DNA from: a virus
Lineage: Duplodnaviria; Caudoviricetes
Direction: 5' to 3' (one strand)
DNA: 64,000 bases
IMG/VR virus record: IMGVR_UViG_3300020048_000009
Location: 147,679-211,678 of that record
Positions 27,841-37,548 of this stretch are shown in pieces (position 1 is the stretch's first letter; the number at the start of each line of letters is the position of its first letter). The translations under genes and the position numbers were made by a program. The notes beneath the pieces are model-generated. The model made no database searches, was not told where the DNA came from, and was given only the letters and a program-made list of their open reading frames with translations.

Positions 27841-28767
27841 TTAAAATGGCATTTCTTCTTCTTTTAATAATTTTTCTGATTCGGTTATTACTAATTGTTG
27901 TAAATCAGTAGGGATATTATCAAAATTAATAATCTTGTTATTAATTACGAATTGTTTTTTAGCAGCAGCATCTGCATTTAGTCTTGCTTTTAATGATTCA
28001 GTATCTAATACATATTTCATAGCAGTTTGATAACCGCATCTAGGAAATACTTGATTGATATTATCACTATCATCACCCATTAGAATTTTAGCAAAAAGAT
28101 ATTGTTTTGCCGATACTGGATTTTTCTTATATTCTTCTGGTAGAACTTCTACACCTTCTAAATTAAACATTCTAGCATTATAATCATCTCGTAATTGTAG
28201 AAAGTCTTGATCGGATGCTATAATGATTTTATTTTTTATTTTAGAATTTTTACACATTGAAGCAATAACATCATCACCTTCAGCATCTGCAACTCGAAGT
28301 GTATGGATTTTAAAATATTCTTCTAGATTCAATTTTGGAAAAAGAACATCTTGAGCATAATTGAAAGCATTTTTAACTTTAAATTTATGTTTAACAAGTT
28401 TACGATGAGCTTTATACTCTTGATAATATTGCATTCTCCAGTTTGTTTTTAATGGAGAATCCTGACATAGAAATGTAGTAGTACGAATTGTATCAAATTG
28501 ATTAAAAATTTTATTCTTTAGAATCCAATTAATACTGTCAATACGTTTTAATAAATATTCCGCATATATACGAGTATAATCATCACATGTCGTTAAATCG
28601 GGTAAATCATCATATGGTATATCTTTATAATTTTCAGAAATTAATATTTTATTCTCTGAGGTTTTAAACCATTCATTATATGCTCCATGTAATGAATAAT
28701 ATATTAAATAAGAACAATCAATTAAAACTAAACATTCTCTATCAAAACAATCTTTTTCATCTAACAT
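27841..28767 (-). CDS. rnh: T4 RNase H-like 5'-3' exonuclease/flap endonuclease
   Basis: LIDCS, WRMQYYQEYKAHR, AEGDDVIA, IASDQDFLQL, LMGDDSDNI. Confidence 0.9.
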   Translation of the reverse strand: MLDEKDCFDRECLVLIDCSYLIYYSLHGAYNEWFKTSENKILISENYKDIPYDDLPDLTTCDDYTRIYAEYLLKRIDSINWILKNKIFNQFDTIRTTTFLCQDSPLKTNWRMQYYQEYKAHRKLVKHKFKVKNAFNYAQDVLFPKLNLEEYFKIHTLRVADAEGDDVIASMCKNSKIKNKIIIASDQDFLQLRDDYNARMFNLEGVEVLPEEYKKNPVSAKQYLFAKILMGDDSDNINQVFPRCGYQTAMKYVLDTESLKARLNADAAAKKQFVINNKIINFDNIPTDLQQLVITESEKLLKEEEMPF

Positions 28768-28799
28768 ATCAAAATATCCTTTTAATAAATTATACGAAA

Positions 28800-28827
28800 A
28801 AGCTGTTAATAATTAAATTAACAGCTT
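28800..28827 (-). terminator. putative terminator hairpin
   Basis: 11-bp IR aagctgttaat/attaacagctt. Confidence 0.5.
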
Positions 28828-28866
28828 AAGTTTTATACATGTTTAATTACTTTATTGGTATAAATT

Positions 28867-29067
28867 CTATGTTATATTAGGTTTAAATTCACCACAATAA
28901 TCTAATTCAGGCATTGCTATAATGGGATATACAGTTTTTGCAAATGTTGTTTTATATCCTGTTAATTCATTGAAACTATTACCTGATGGTATTGTTATAG
29001 GTGGGAATCGTCTACAAAATTTATTTCTATTATCAAAAAAATCACAATTTATACATTTAGCGGTCAT
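28867..29067 (-). CDS. small Cys-rich protein
   Basis: MTAKCINCDFF..CRRFPP...WCGE-like pattern (here YCGEF); ATG at 29067. Confidence 0.65.
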   Translation of the reverse strand: MTAKCINCDFFDNRNKFCRRFPPITIPSGNSFNELTGYKTTFAKTVYPIIAMPELDYCGEFKPNIT

Positions 29068-29068
29068 A

Positions 29069-29428
29069 TTATTCCTTATTTTTATCATCTATGGATTGTA
29101 AATATCCAGTGATATTTAATTTACTAAAATTATTTTGAACATCATTTATATCAATACAATAGCCAGTTTTTAATAAGAAATCTATTAAATTTTGATCTGC
29201 GCCTTTTAATGTAACTTTATTTTTTAGTTTATCAAATTCTATAATATTAACATTATATTTTTCGGCGTCGGCTCTTAAATTAATCTCGTTTAAACTTTTT
29301 TCATCTTTATCTAGAAGTGAATAATTTAATATTATCTCGTTTTGTACTTGTGCTTCATCTTCCGCTACAATATTTTTATTAGATAATTCTTTAACAGATT
29401 CATTATATATTTTTTTAAATTTTATCAT
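29069..29428 (-). CDS. probable head-packaged protein
   Basis: MIKFKKIYNES. Confidence 0.6.
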   Translation of the reverse strand: MIKFKKIYNESVKELSNKNIVAEDEAQVQNEIILNYSLLDKDEKSLNEINLRADAEKYNVNIIEFDKLKNKVTLKGADQNLIDFLLKTGYCIDINDVQNNFSKLNITGYLQSIDDKNKE

Positions 29429-29431
29429 ACT

Positions 29432-30616
29432 TTAACCTATTGCTATATTTGAAGAACATTTAGGATTCTTATTATTTTCTAATCTATAAACTAATTTTAT
29501 TTTTAATTTACTATTGCTAAATGCTTTTATTTCTTTTATTTTTGGTTCTTGTAATTCTGGTTTAGACCAATCAGGTTCTTGTATACATAATAGAGTATAA
29601 TATAATGCTTTGGCTATTTTTGGCGTTAGGGTTTGAACATCTGCAAGGGTTGGGTCATATCCAAATTTAGAGAAATCAGGCGCGCCTAAATCTATACTAA
29701 TTCCCAATTCTTCAAAATGGATAATTCGTTTAGCTTTAGCATTTTTATCAACAGTTGGATCTTTTTTACCTATAACATATCCCTTATTAATTTTATTAAA
29801 TATAGCAATAGTTTCTGGTGGAATATTTGTTGGATTTTTTATTAAAGAATCAATTACAGCTTTAGTATTATCATTATATGAAAGCTCTTTATATATTTTA
29901 TTAAACTCATCCCATCTTAATGTAGAATTAAAAGCTTTTATTACATTAGAACCAAATGCTTCTATGTCTACTTTATATTTTTTTAATATATTTATAAAAC
30001 CTTTAATAAATTCAGAATTATTAAAATTTTTGCTTAATAAAACAGCAAATGATAAAATATCAATATTAGCTTTTGGTATTAGTTGTGATAACAATACTGT
30101 AACATCACCAGTATACCCTGTTATAAATTCTTCTATTAACTTACCAGTATCATTACCCTTTATAAAACCATCTATTGCTGGAAAAAATATTGGAACGTTA
30201 TTATATCCCTTACCATTTGATTGAGCGGTATAATCAACTGTTAATTTTGTCTTAGGTTCAATGTCTTTAATTAATGAAAGTAATTCATCTATTTTTTTAT
30301 TAAAAGCAGCCTTATAAATTTTCTTAGGGAAATTTATATCTTTAATTCTTGCTGCAACATCTTTAACATTTTCAATGCCTTTGCCAATAGCAGTTGCAGC
30401 TTTTTGTAAACCTGGGTGTAATTCGTTATATGCTTGATTTTTTACAGCAGTCCAAGCGGCTTTTCCTGTTTTAGCAGCAGCACGTTTAAACATGTCTTTA
30501 AATGATGAAGCATTTTTAACATCTTTAGCCTTATTAATAGCTGCATCAGTAGCAACAGGCTCTTGTTCTACTATAAAACTCTCATTATAAAATTGTTTAA
30601 AATTATTGATTTTCAT
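29432..30616 (-). CDS. probable head-packaged protein
   Basis: MKINNFKQFYNESFIVE resembles the T4 internal-protein targeting peptide. Confidence 0.65.
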   Translation of the reverse strand: MKINNFKQFYNESFIVEQEPVATDAAINKAKDVKNASSFKDMFKRAAAKTGKAAWTAVKNQAYNELHPGLQKAATAIGKGIENVKDVAARIKDINFPKKIYKAAFNKKIDELLSLIKDIEPKTKLTVDYTAQSNGKGYNNVPIFFPAIDGFIKGNDTGKLIEEFITGYTGDVTVLLSQLIPKANIDILSFAVLLSKNFNNSEFIKGFINILKKYKVDIEAFGSNVIKAFNSTLRWDEFNKIYKELSYNDNTKAVIDSLIKNPTNIPPETIAIFNKINKGYVIGKKDPTVDKNAKAKRIIHFEELGISIDLGAPDFSKFGYDPTLADVQTLTPKIAKALYYTLLCIQEPDWSKPELQEPKIKEIKAFSNSKLKIKLVYRLENNKNPKCSSNIAIG

Positions 30617-30622
30617 TTAATT

Positions 30623-30631
30623 TATTTATTA
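30623..30631 (-). promoter_or_regulatory. putative late promoter TAATAAATA
   Basis: Immediately upstream of ATG 30616. Confidence 0.5.
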
Positions 30632-31210
30632 CAATTTATTTATTTTTTCTATAGTAAAATGAGAATAACACAATGTAAAAGAATGTTTTATAGGAGATGG
30701 TTCATTTTGATAGTCTAGTGACAATTCACTAAAACGTTTAATCCATGCATTATTATATGTAACTTTTAGTATTGGTTTTTTATATGAATCTATTAAAATA
30801 GCAAAAACGGGTAAAACATTATATATTTTGGGTTTAGGTAAAGACTTTAATGGATTAATAGTACTAACAGGATTAGTAGGTGTTAAATCTTCTATTTTAT
30901 TCATTATATTAGCCCATTGATACAAATAAAAATAATTTGTCCAATCTTCATTAACTAAATAGCTTAATGTAATATTACGGTCTGTTTGTTGAGTAACATG
31001 TGTTGGAACTTCAATGGTTACGCCTTTAAATGATGTAGATGCTCCACCTATAGTAACTTCTGGTATTACAAAATCTGTAAATGGAAAAATAATATCATCG
31101 AATGTTGAAGAAAGCATTGATAAAGGAACATCTGCTATCCATTTATTTTTGACACTATATGTGTCAATATATTTTAATAGAGATTCTGCTTGATAACTTG
31201 TATTTTCCAT
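30629..31210 (-). CDS. T4 gp3-like tail completion / tail-tube-fold protein
   Basis: F.IPEVTIG...V.VP...ITLSYLVNEDWTNY..LYQW; adjacent to gp13. Confidence 0.65.
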   Translation of the reverse strand: MENTSYQAESLLKYIDTYSVKNKWIADVPLSMLSSTFDDIIFPFTDFVIPEVTIGGASTSFKGVTIEVPTHVTQQTDRNITLSYLVNEDWTNYFYLYQWANIMNKIEDLTPTNPVSTINPLKSLPKPKIYNVLPVFAILIDSYKKPILKVTYNNAWIKRFSELSLDYQNEPSPIKHSFTLCYSHFTIEKINKL

Positions 31211-31214
31211 AATG

Positions 31215-32012
31215 TTATCCTATAAACCAGCCACCAGGCATCGCTTCGTCTTTTTTAATTGATTCTTGAAGTTTTTCTAATTCTGATCTTCCTTCATCAC
31301 CAATTGTTTGATCTATATGCGAACCGCCTGGAAGCGTTACATTTGTAAATTTCTTACGTATATTTCCTAATGTTATTTTAGCATATGCTAAACAGAATCT
31401 TTTTACATATTCATTACCATAAAGTTGACTATCTGGTGGAACTACTTCTGCTTGAACACACGTCCAACCTGAAGCACGACCCGCTAAAACAGGATTTGGA
31501 AATAATTGCAATCTTTGTGTTATATTATCAAATAAAAAGTCATATTCAGAACACATCATTCTACGTGAAAGTTTTACAAACTCTGTAACGGCCTGAAATG
31601 TTGTCCAACCTCCAGAACGTGAAACAGATGAATTAAAAAATGGGTAACTGCCATTTGCCAACATTGCGTTACCAACACCCCATAAAGTATCGCCGCCTGT
31701 CATACTGAACTGATCACCTGTTGCGATAGAATAGATTGCAGCGGCTCTAAATGGAGACGTATCAAAGCCTTCGGGTGTACCTTCTTCCTCATCAGCGCAT
31801 GGATAGGTTGCTAAATCGAAAGCAATATAGCGCATTGGGAGCTGTGCCCATTTAGTCCATATTAATGTTGCATCATTAATAGCATCATCTAAATGTTCTT
31901 CGGTTAATTCAACCGTAACCATCGGAAATCCCAATTTTCGCATAATCCATTTCTTTAGATCAGCGCGGGTTTTTATTTTTTGATTTATATATGTTAAAGC
32001 TGTAGGTTCCAT
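31215..32012 (-). CDS. T4 gp13-like neck protein
   Basis: TRADLKKWIMRKLGFPMVTVELTEEHLDDAINDA; YAKITLGNIRKKF...LPGG. Confidence 0.9.
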   Translation of the reverse strand: MEPTALTYINQKIKTRADLKKWIMRKLGFPMVTVELTEEHLDDAINDATLIWTKWAQLPMRYIAFDLATYPCADEEEGTPEGFDTSPFRAAAIYSIATGDQFSMTGGDTLWGVGNAMLANGSYPFFNSSVSRSGGWTTFQAVTEFVKLSRRMMCSEYDFLFDNITQRLQLFPNPVLAGRASGWTCVQAEVVPPDSQLYGNEYVKRFCLAYAKITLGNIRKKFTNVTLPGGSHIDQTIGDEGRSELEKLQESIKKDEAMPGGWFIG

Positions 32013-32038
32013 AATAAGAATATTCTAAACTTTTTATT

Positions 32039-32047
32039 TATTTATTA
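32039..32047 (-). promoter_or_regulatory. putative late promoter TAATAAATA
   Basis: Upstream of gp13. Confidence 0.55.
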
Positions 32048-32065
32048 AAAATTCTATTAAAATAA

Positions 32066-32097
32066 AAAAGGTTTAAGATATTACTCTTAAACCTTTT
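32066..32097 (-). terminator. putative intrinsic terminator
   Basis: 13-bp IR aaaaggtttaaga/tcttaaacctttt with a T-run on the minus strand. Confidence 0.6.
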
Positions 32098-32118
32098 CTC
32101 TAATTAAATTTTTATTAA

Positions 32119-32745
32119 TTATCTATTTTCGTCATCAGATGTTTCTGAATTATCAGGAATAGTATCTAAATCTGTAGGAAGGTCGCCATCAGGATTTCCT
32201 TCAGGATCTCCCTCTGGGGTGCCTTCTGCATCAGGGTCTGCATCAGGATTTAATTCATTTTCTAATGATTCGGCATCTTCACCCATTGCAGATAAAATCT
32301 TCTGTGTCATAGATTTAATAATATCTAATGCCGTAACATTTTCATCATTATAATCTAATTCTTCAGGATTTTCTTCAGGATTTTCTGCATCAGGTTCACC
32401 CATAGGATCGCCTTCTTCTGGTGTATCAGCAGTTGGTTCTATATCTAAATCTGAAATAGTACCAGCATCACTATCTTCATCTTCACCTGCTTCTACAACA
32501 CCAGTACATCCTGCTTTCTTACATAGAGTATCTTCTGCAGCAGAATCACCGCCCATAGCTTTTTCTAATAAACCCATGTCTTCAGTTTTAGTCGCATCCA
32601 AACCTATTTTTTTTACATAATCCTGTAGCTTAGGATCTTTATTCTTTAAATAAGCATCAATAGGTTTAACAACATTATCCACTAAATTGCCGTCTTCTTT
32701 TACCATTTTCTTCATTGCCATAATAGTTTTCTCCAATAATTTCAA
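32119..32745 (-). CDS. highly acidic probable head/scaffold-associated protein (TTG start)
   Basis: D/E/P-rich; TAATAAATA at 32757-32765. Confidence 0.65.
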   Translation of the reverse strand: MKLLEKTIMAMKKMVKEDGNLVDNVVKPIDAYLKNKDPKLQDYVKKIGLDATKTEDMGLLEKAMGGDSAAEDTLCKKAGCTGVVEAGEDEDSDAGTISDLDIEPTADTPEEGDPMGEPDAENPEENPEELDYNDENVTALDIIKSMTQKILSAMGEDAESLENELNPDADPDAEGTPEGDPEGNPDGDLPTDLDTIPDNSETSDDENR

Positions 32746-32779
32746 TTATTTTATTTTATTTATTAAAAATGACAATAAT

Positions 32780-33379
32780 TTAAATCCATTTTATTATTGG
32801 ATCTGCTTTATATCCCTTTTCCCATATAAACCAGGCATATGCAACAGCACTACCTTTCCCAAACTCTCCATTTTTAGCACATTCCTGTCTTTTACTGAAT
32901 ACATATATAGTTTTAGGCGGATATATATCAAAAAGTTTGCGTCTTTCTTGACCTTCTAAAAATGTTAACTTTAAAAACATTGCAACTCTATATCCAGGTT
33001 TTATTATATCTAGTGCCTTTTCCACAAATTCTTTAGCATATTTATATGGAGGATTTGTAATTATATCTATTTCTACACTATTAGATTCATTAGCTGTTTC
33101 TAAAAAATTTGCAACGCTTGTAAAATAAGTATAACCTCTATCTATTAAATCTGTCGATAAAACCTCATAACCATTTTCTAACAATATTGTTGAAATATGT
33201 CCAGCTCCACATGCACATTCCCATATAGAAGAACTAAATTTTTCAACTTTTAATAATGCATTAACTGCATCTGGATCTGTTGCATAAAAATCATTAGTTT
33301 CGCGTTCTTCATCACAATGACTAGAAGAACCTAGTGTTTTAAAAACTGATTGCTTTGTACCGGTCCAATCTTTACTCAT
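32780..33379 (-). CDS. orphan amino (N6A/N4C) DNA methyltransferase
   Basis: DFYAT, WECACGAGHIS, IITNPPY, AMFLKLTFLEG. Confidence 0.85.
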   Translation of the reverse strand: MSKDWTGTKQSVFKTLGSSSHCDEERETNDFYATDPDAVNALLKVEKFSSSIWECACGAGHISTILLENGYEVLSTDLIDRGYTYFTSVANFLETANESNSVEIDIITNPPYKYAKEFVEKALDIIKPGYRVAMFLKLTFLEGQERRKLFDIYPPKTIYVFSKRQECAKNGEFGKGSAVAYAWFIWEKGYKADPIIKWI

Positions 33380-33382
33380 ATA

Positions 33383-33835
33383 TTAAACTAAACCTTTCTT
33401 TAATCTATGCATAGCAAGAGGCTTCATATTATTGGCGACTCTTTTAACTTCTCGAATTTCTCGAATAAAATCCCAAAGTTTAATTTTAGCCACATGTGGA
33501 ATTGTTTCATCATCTTGAATCATAATAGTTGATTCTAATTCTGCTAGACATACATTATCAATATTATCTTCTGTGGAAGTTGGATCTGGAATAGAATAAT
33601 CTTTACTTTCAGTCGGAGTATCTGTTTTTTCAGGTTTTGGTATATCTTCTTTAAAAAGAGATTCCATTATTTGTTTTAGTGAAATTTGTTTTTCTTTACC
33701 GCATTTACCCTCTTCTCTAAATGCTAAATTTCCGCCATTTTCATCTGGATAAAGAATAACATACATCCCCTTATTATTACTAGGATTGGATAAACCTGTT
33801 TCTCGAATTAATTCTTTTTCTAATACCGTTGCCAT
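33383..33835 (-). CDS. hypothetical protein
   Basis: AAGGA RBS. Confidence 0.65.
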   Translation of the reverse strand: MATVLEKELIRETGLSNPSNNKGMYVILYPDENGGNLAFREEGKCGKEKQISLKQIMESLFKEDIPKPEKTDTPTESKDYSIPDPTSTEDNIDNVCLAELESTIMIQDDETIPHVAKIKLWDFIREIREVKRVANNMKPLAMHRLKKGLV

Positions 33836-33855
33836 ATAGTTCCTTATTTTTAATA

Positions 33856-33886
33856 ATTATAATATATGACTATTAAAAAATACACT
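33856..33886 (-). promoter_or_regulatory. putative early-type promoter AGTGTAT-N18-TATAAT
   Basis: Same 25-nt offset as the + strand sites. Confidence 0.4.
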
Positions 33887-33890
33887 ATAT

Positions 33891-34550
33891 TTAAGTATTC
33901 ATTTTGGATAAAATAAAAACACAATTACCTTTTCCATCAGCATATGTCTGCCAATTATCTTTTAATCCTGATACATGTTGAATTTTTTTATCAGTATTCC
34001 AACCATAAGACTTAAATGTATTTTCCCACCATATTTCATCTTCTGCTATAAGATGTGATATTTCAATATGATATTCTTTTATTCTATATTTTCCATTATC
34101 ACCCATTGGAATAACACACATTATATTAGAACAAATTTTTGATATATTGTTTAACATTTTTTCTAATTGTTCTAATGTTAAATGTTCTAAAACGTCTTTA
34201 ATTATAACATGTGTATATTTATTAGTATTTGCAGCCCATGATAAATCTTTAGAACAATTCCAACATCCACTTGGAGCAAAAGATAAGGCATACTCACTTA
34301 TATCACATCCATCTGCTTTAATTTCTAATAATCTTAATGCTTTTACAATAAAACCTTTGGCACATCCAATATCTAATATATAACTATGTTCATTTAATTG
34401 CAATGTATCAATATATGCTAGTGCCTCTTTAATTGATCGAATTGGCATCCATTTATAATTAGATAACCAACCCTTTCCTGATTCTCTTCCACGTTCAAAA
34501 TAATCAGCATCATAAAACTCACCTGTAAACTCTTTAGACGAACTCGACAT
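33891..34550 (-). CDS. class I SAM-dependent methyltransferase
   Basis: YDADYF; ILDIGCAKG; DISEYA; DVLEHL. Confidence 0.85.
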   Translation of the reverse strand: MSSSSKEFTGEFYDADYFERGRESGKGWLSNYKWMPIRSIKEALAYIDTLQLNEHSYILDIGCAKGFIVKALRLLEIKADGCDISEYALSFAPSGCWNCSKDLSWAANTNKYTHVIIKDVLEHLTLEQLEKMLNNISKICSNIMCVIPMGDNGKYRIKEYHIEISHLIAEDEIWWENTFKSYGWNTDKKIQHVSGLKDNWQTYADGKGNCVFILSKMNT

Positions 34551-35466
34551 CTTTAACTCCTTTTAATAAATTATGTATAAAATCATTATGTTCTTTACCA
34601 CAATTACAAAAACTACAATTATATTTTAAATCATGTGGTGGATTATTTAAAAGCCATTGTTCTAAATCTTTAATTTTACATAAATTAAATTTTGATGGTA
34701 TATATCCTTCATATTCAGGTGTTAATTGAATAGACGGGCACGGTAGAAAATTACCGTTCCAATCTATTGCCGCACGTATCCATGCCATATAACAACCCAA
34801 TGGTTGACCAGTTGCTTTTTTTGAAAAAAATATAAAATCTAAATATTTAGAAACATAAGCGTTTATATCCGACTCTCTTTCTAATGTTGACGGGCGTTGC
34901 GCCGCAATTCTTACAATTATATTTTTTTCTTTTGCCCATATATATAAATTATCAATTATATCTAATTTTTCAACATTTCCTATAATATAAGAAGTACTAA
35001 TATTTATATTCTCTGGAATATTGCTTAACTTTAAATTATTTACGTGTGAAAGTGATTGTAAACTAATTCTTATCCATGCTAATTTAGATAAACTATTTTT
35101 TGAAATATTACATAAAGATAACCCGTTAGTTATTAATGATATTTTTAATTTTTTATTACTTGCATAATCAATAGCTTCTTCGATGTGTGGCCATAATAAT
35201 GGTTCGCCACCACCAGAAAATTCTATAGCCTTACACCCATATTTACTTAATATATTAATTGCTAATTTAAAATCATCTAATGATAATTCCTTTGTTTTAT
35301 CCTTAATATTTTTACAACAACAATAGCTACAATTACATTGGCATTTAATAGTTGGCCATATTGACACATGAATTGGTGCCACTGTTTTACTGTCACATAT
35401 ATTTTGTATGTGCTGTGTATGATATATTAATTTATGTAATCCGACGGAATATCTATTAAAATCCAT
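34534..35466 (-). CDS. radical SAM protein
   Basis: CQCNCSYC, FSGGGEP, ITNG, C-terminal Cys cluster. Confidence 0.85.
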   Translation of the reverse strand: MDFNRYSVGLHKLIYHTQHIQNICDSKTVAPIHVSIWPTIKCQCNCSYCCCKNIKDKTKELSLDDFKLAINILSKYGCKAIEFSGGGEPLLWPHIEEAIDYASNKKLKISLITNGLSLCNISKNSLSKLAWIRISLQSLSHVNNLKLSNIPENINISTSYIIGNVEKLDIIDNLYIWAKEKNIIVRIAAQRPSTLERESDINAYVSKYLDFIFFSKKATGQPLGCYMAWIRAAIDWNGNFLPCPSIQLTPEYEGYIPSKFNLCKIKDLEQWLLNNPPHDLKYNCSFCNCGKEHNDFIHNLLKGVKDVEFV

Positions 35467-35479
35467 AATAACCTTTATA

Positions 35480-36292
35480 CTAATTAAGTATTTCCCTTTT
35501 TAAATTTATCATACTATTATCTAACATAGTATATTTATTTAATATTTCATTTGTAAAAGACATAAAATCTGCAGGCCTAAATGTTTGTCCGTTAGAAGTT
35601 CCAGCACGATTAACTTTAAATTCTCTATCTTTAAATGATTGATGATAATAATGATATAATACCACTGATTTATTTGTATAAAAATCAGGAGTTAAAGCAG
35701 TAAATGCTGATGATACATGAACTTTATCAAAAGTAAATGCAGACATACTACTATTAATAGATGGAATATGTGGATCCGTCCATATGGTATTATTATTTTT
35801 TGATAAATTAATAATACTTTTTATAAATATATTATTTCCCCATGGTGTATGTAATGGCGATATATAATTAAAAGTATCTATTAAAGTAGTATTTCTATCT
35901 TGTATAATATCTGGCAAAGAAATCATTTTCCAATACATACATAATATATTAACATCAACATTCAAAAGATTTTTTATATCTTTTTCGTTATTCATATACA
36001 CATATTCATCATCATCAATAAAACATAGCCATTTTGTATAAGGTGTTCTCTCTTTACAAAAATTAGAATATAGGTTATACATCGGACTAAAATTTTTAGA
36101 AAAACCATAATCTTCTTTTATTTCACGTACTTCTACTTTATCATTATTAAATAGATCTTTAATAGAATATGTACTATTATTATCAAATATTGTTATTTTA
36201 TCAAAACCGATGGCTAAATGATAGCTAACCCAATCTATTATATCCATTGGTCTATTATTTTTTGTTAAAACTGCTAATTCAATAGTATTCAT
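35480..36292 (-). CDS. GT-A glycosyltransferase (GT92/GT2-like)
   Basis: WVSYHLAIGFDKITIFDNNS; WLCFIDDDEY; LYHY. Confidence 0.85.
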   Translation of the reverse strand: MNTIELAVLTKNNRPMDIIDWVSYHLAIGFDKITIFDNNSTYSIKDLFNNDKVEVREIKEDYGFSKNFSPMYNLYSNFCKERTPYTKWLCFIDDDEYVYMNNEKDIKNLLNVDVNILCMYWKMISLPDIIQDRNTTLIDTFNYISPLHTPWGNNIFIKSIINLSKNNNTIWTDPHIPSINSSMSAFTFDKVHVSSAFTALTPDFYTNKSVVLYHYYHQSFKDREFKVNRAGTSNGQTFRPADFMSFTNEILNKYTMLDNSMINLKREILN

Positions 36293-36296
36293 TTAA

Positions 36297-36851
36297 TTAT
36301 TTATTTAAATTTAAAACAGTAAGTCCATTATTATTTTTAAATTCTTCTTTAATTGACCATTCTTTATGTTTATCTAAAAATTCTAAAATTGCAGGATATA
36401 ATCCTTTATACTTTGGATCTTCTCCCGTATTTCTAAAGGTCATAGTGTCATGTAAAATAATATATTTATTACAATATTTACTAAACTTTTCTAATTCTTT
36501 TATTAATAAATCATAAATATGCCATGTATCAATAAAAACTAAATCATATGCCCTATCTAATTCTAATTCTAATTTTAAATCATCAGATTGAATAAATTTA
36601 TAAATAATTTTTGTTTCAGATATTTCTTTATATAATATTTCAAGTTTATCTGGGGGTGGCATATTAATATCACATGATAACATATATTCAGGGTTTCCTG
36701 CCAAAAATGCATATGTCGAAACAATATTTCTAACTCCAAGCTCTAATACAGATTTACATCCCTCTGTATATTTTTTTAATATCGGTAAATGTTCATTTAT
36801 ATCAGAAGGTATTTTTACTAATGTGTTATATTTTTCTAAAATCTTTTCCAT
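36297..36851 (-). CDS. class I SAM-dependent methyltransferase (Methyltransf_24-like)
   Basis: DINEHLP; VLELGVR; DLVFIDTWH; ILHDT. Confidence 0.85.
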   Translation of the reverse strand: MEKILEKYNTLVKIPSDINEHLPILKKYTEGCKSVLELGVRNIVSTYAFLAGNPEYMLSCDINMPPPDKLEILYKEISETKIIYKFIQSDDLKLELELDRAYDLVFIDTWHIYDLLIKELEKFSKYCNKYIILHDTMTFRNTGEDPKYKGLYPAILEFLDKHKEWSIKEEFKNNNGLTVLNLNK

Positions 36852-36855
36852 ATTC

Positions 36856-37548
36856 TTATTTTTCCTTTATTAAATTATATATATATTTCATAGCATTAAT
36901 ATCAAAAGATCTATCACCACTTCCAGATTTTAATCTAAAATGAAATGTATTATTTATATTTGTTTTATTTATAGTATTTAACATTTCATAATTATATGCA
37001 TCCATACGCACTATATCATATATTGGTATATTATTTTTTGAAACTAAAAATTCACTTATACTAACATCATCTAATGTTCTAATATTTATTTTTTGTAAAT
37101 TATTTATAAGTAATTGTACTAAATCTTTACTTATAACAAAACCTGAACCGGAAACAAATTTTACTTTAAAATTGGGATCAAATCCACTAGGTCCAGCTAA
37201 AAAATTAGTATTGGGTTTATCTTTAATATACCTATTTAATAATTCTAAATTAACATATGAACTGCTATTAGTTCTATAAATATGTGTAAAATTAAAATTA
37301 TTATCTAATACGTATTTAAAAGCTAAAAGTGTTTTTAATGATACATTTTGTATTATATCTGGTGTATTTAAATATATGGTTTTATCGTCATTATACATAT
37401 TAGGGCTATCACCAATATAATGAAAAACTTCTATATCTTCTTTTTGTTTTAATGAAATCCATGTATCTAATTGAGCCTTTTGCATAGAAATATATGGCTC
37501 TTTATTACACCCTAATATTAAAACTAATATTTTATTCTGTTGTTCCAT
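36856..37548 (-). CDS. GT31/galactosyltransferase-like protein
   Basis: KTLLAFKY; YRTNSSSY; SGSGFVIS; DDVSIS. Confidence 0.7.
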   Translation of the reverse strand: MEQQNKILVLILGCNKEPYISMQKAQLDTWISLKQKEDIEVFHYIGDSPNMYNDDKTIYLNTPDIIQNVSLKTLLAFKYVLDNNFNFTHIYRTNSSSYVNLELLNRYIKDKPNTNFLAGPSGFDPNFKVKFVSGSGFVISKDLVQLLINNLQKINIRTLDDVSISEFLVSKNNIPIYDIVRMDAYNYEMLNTINKTNINNTFHFRLKSGSGDRSFDINAMKYIYNLIKEK

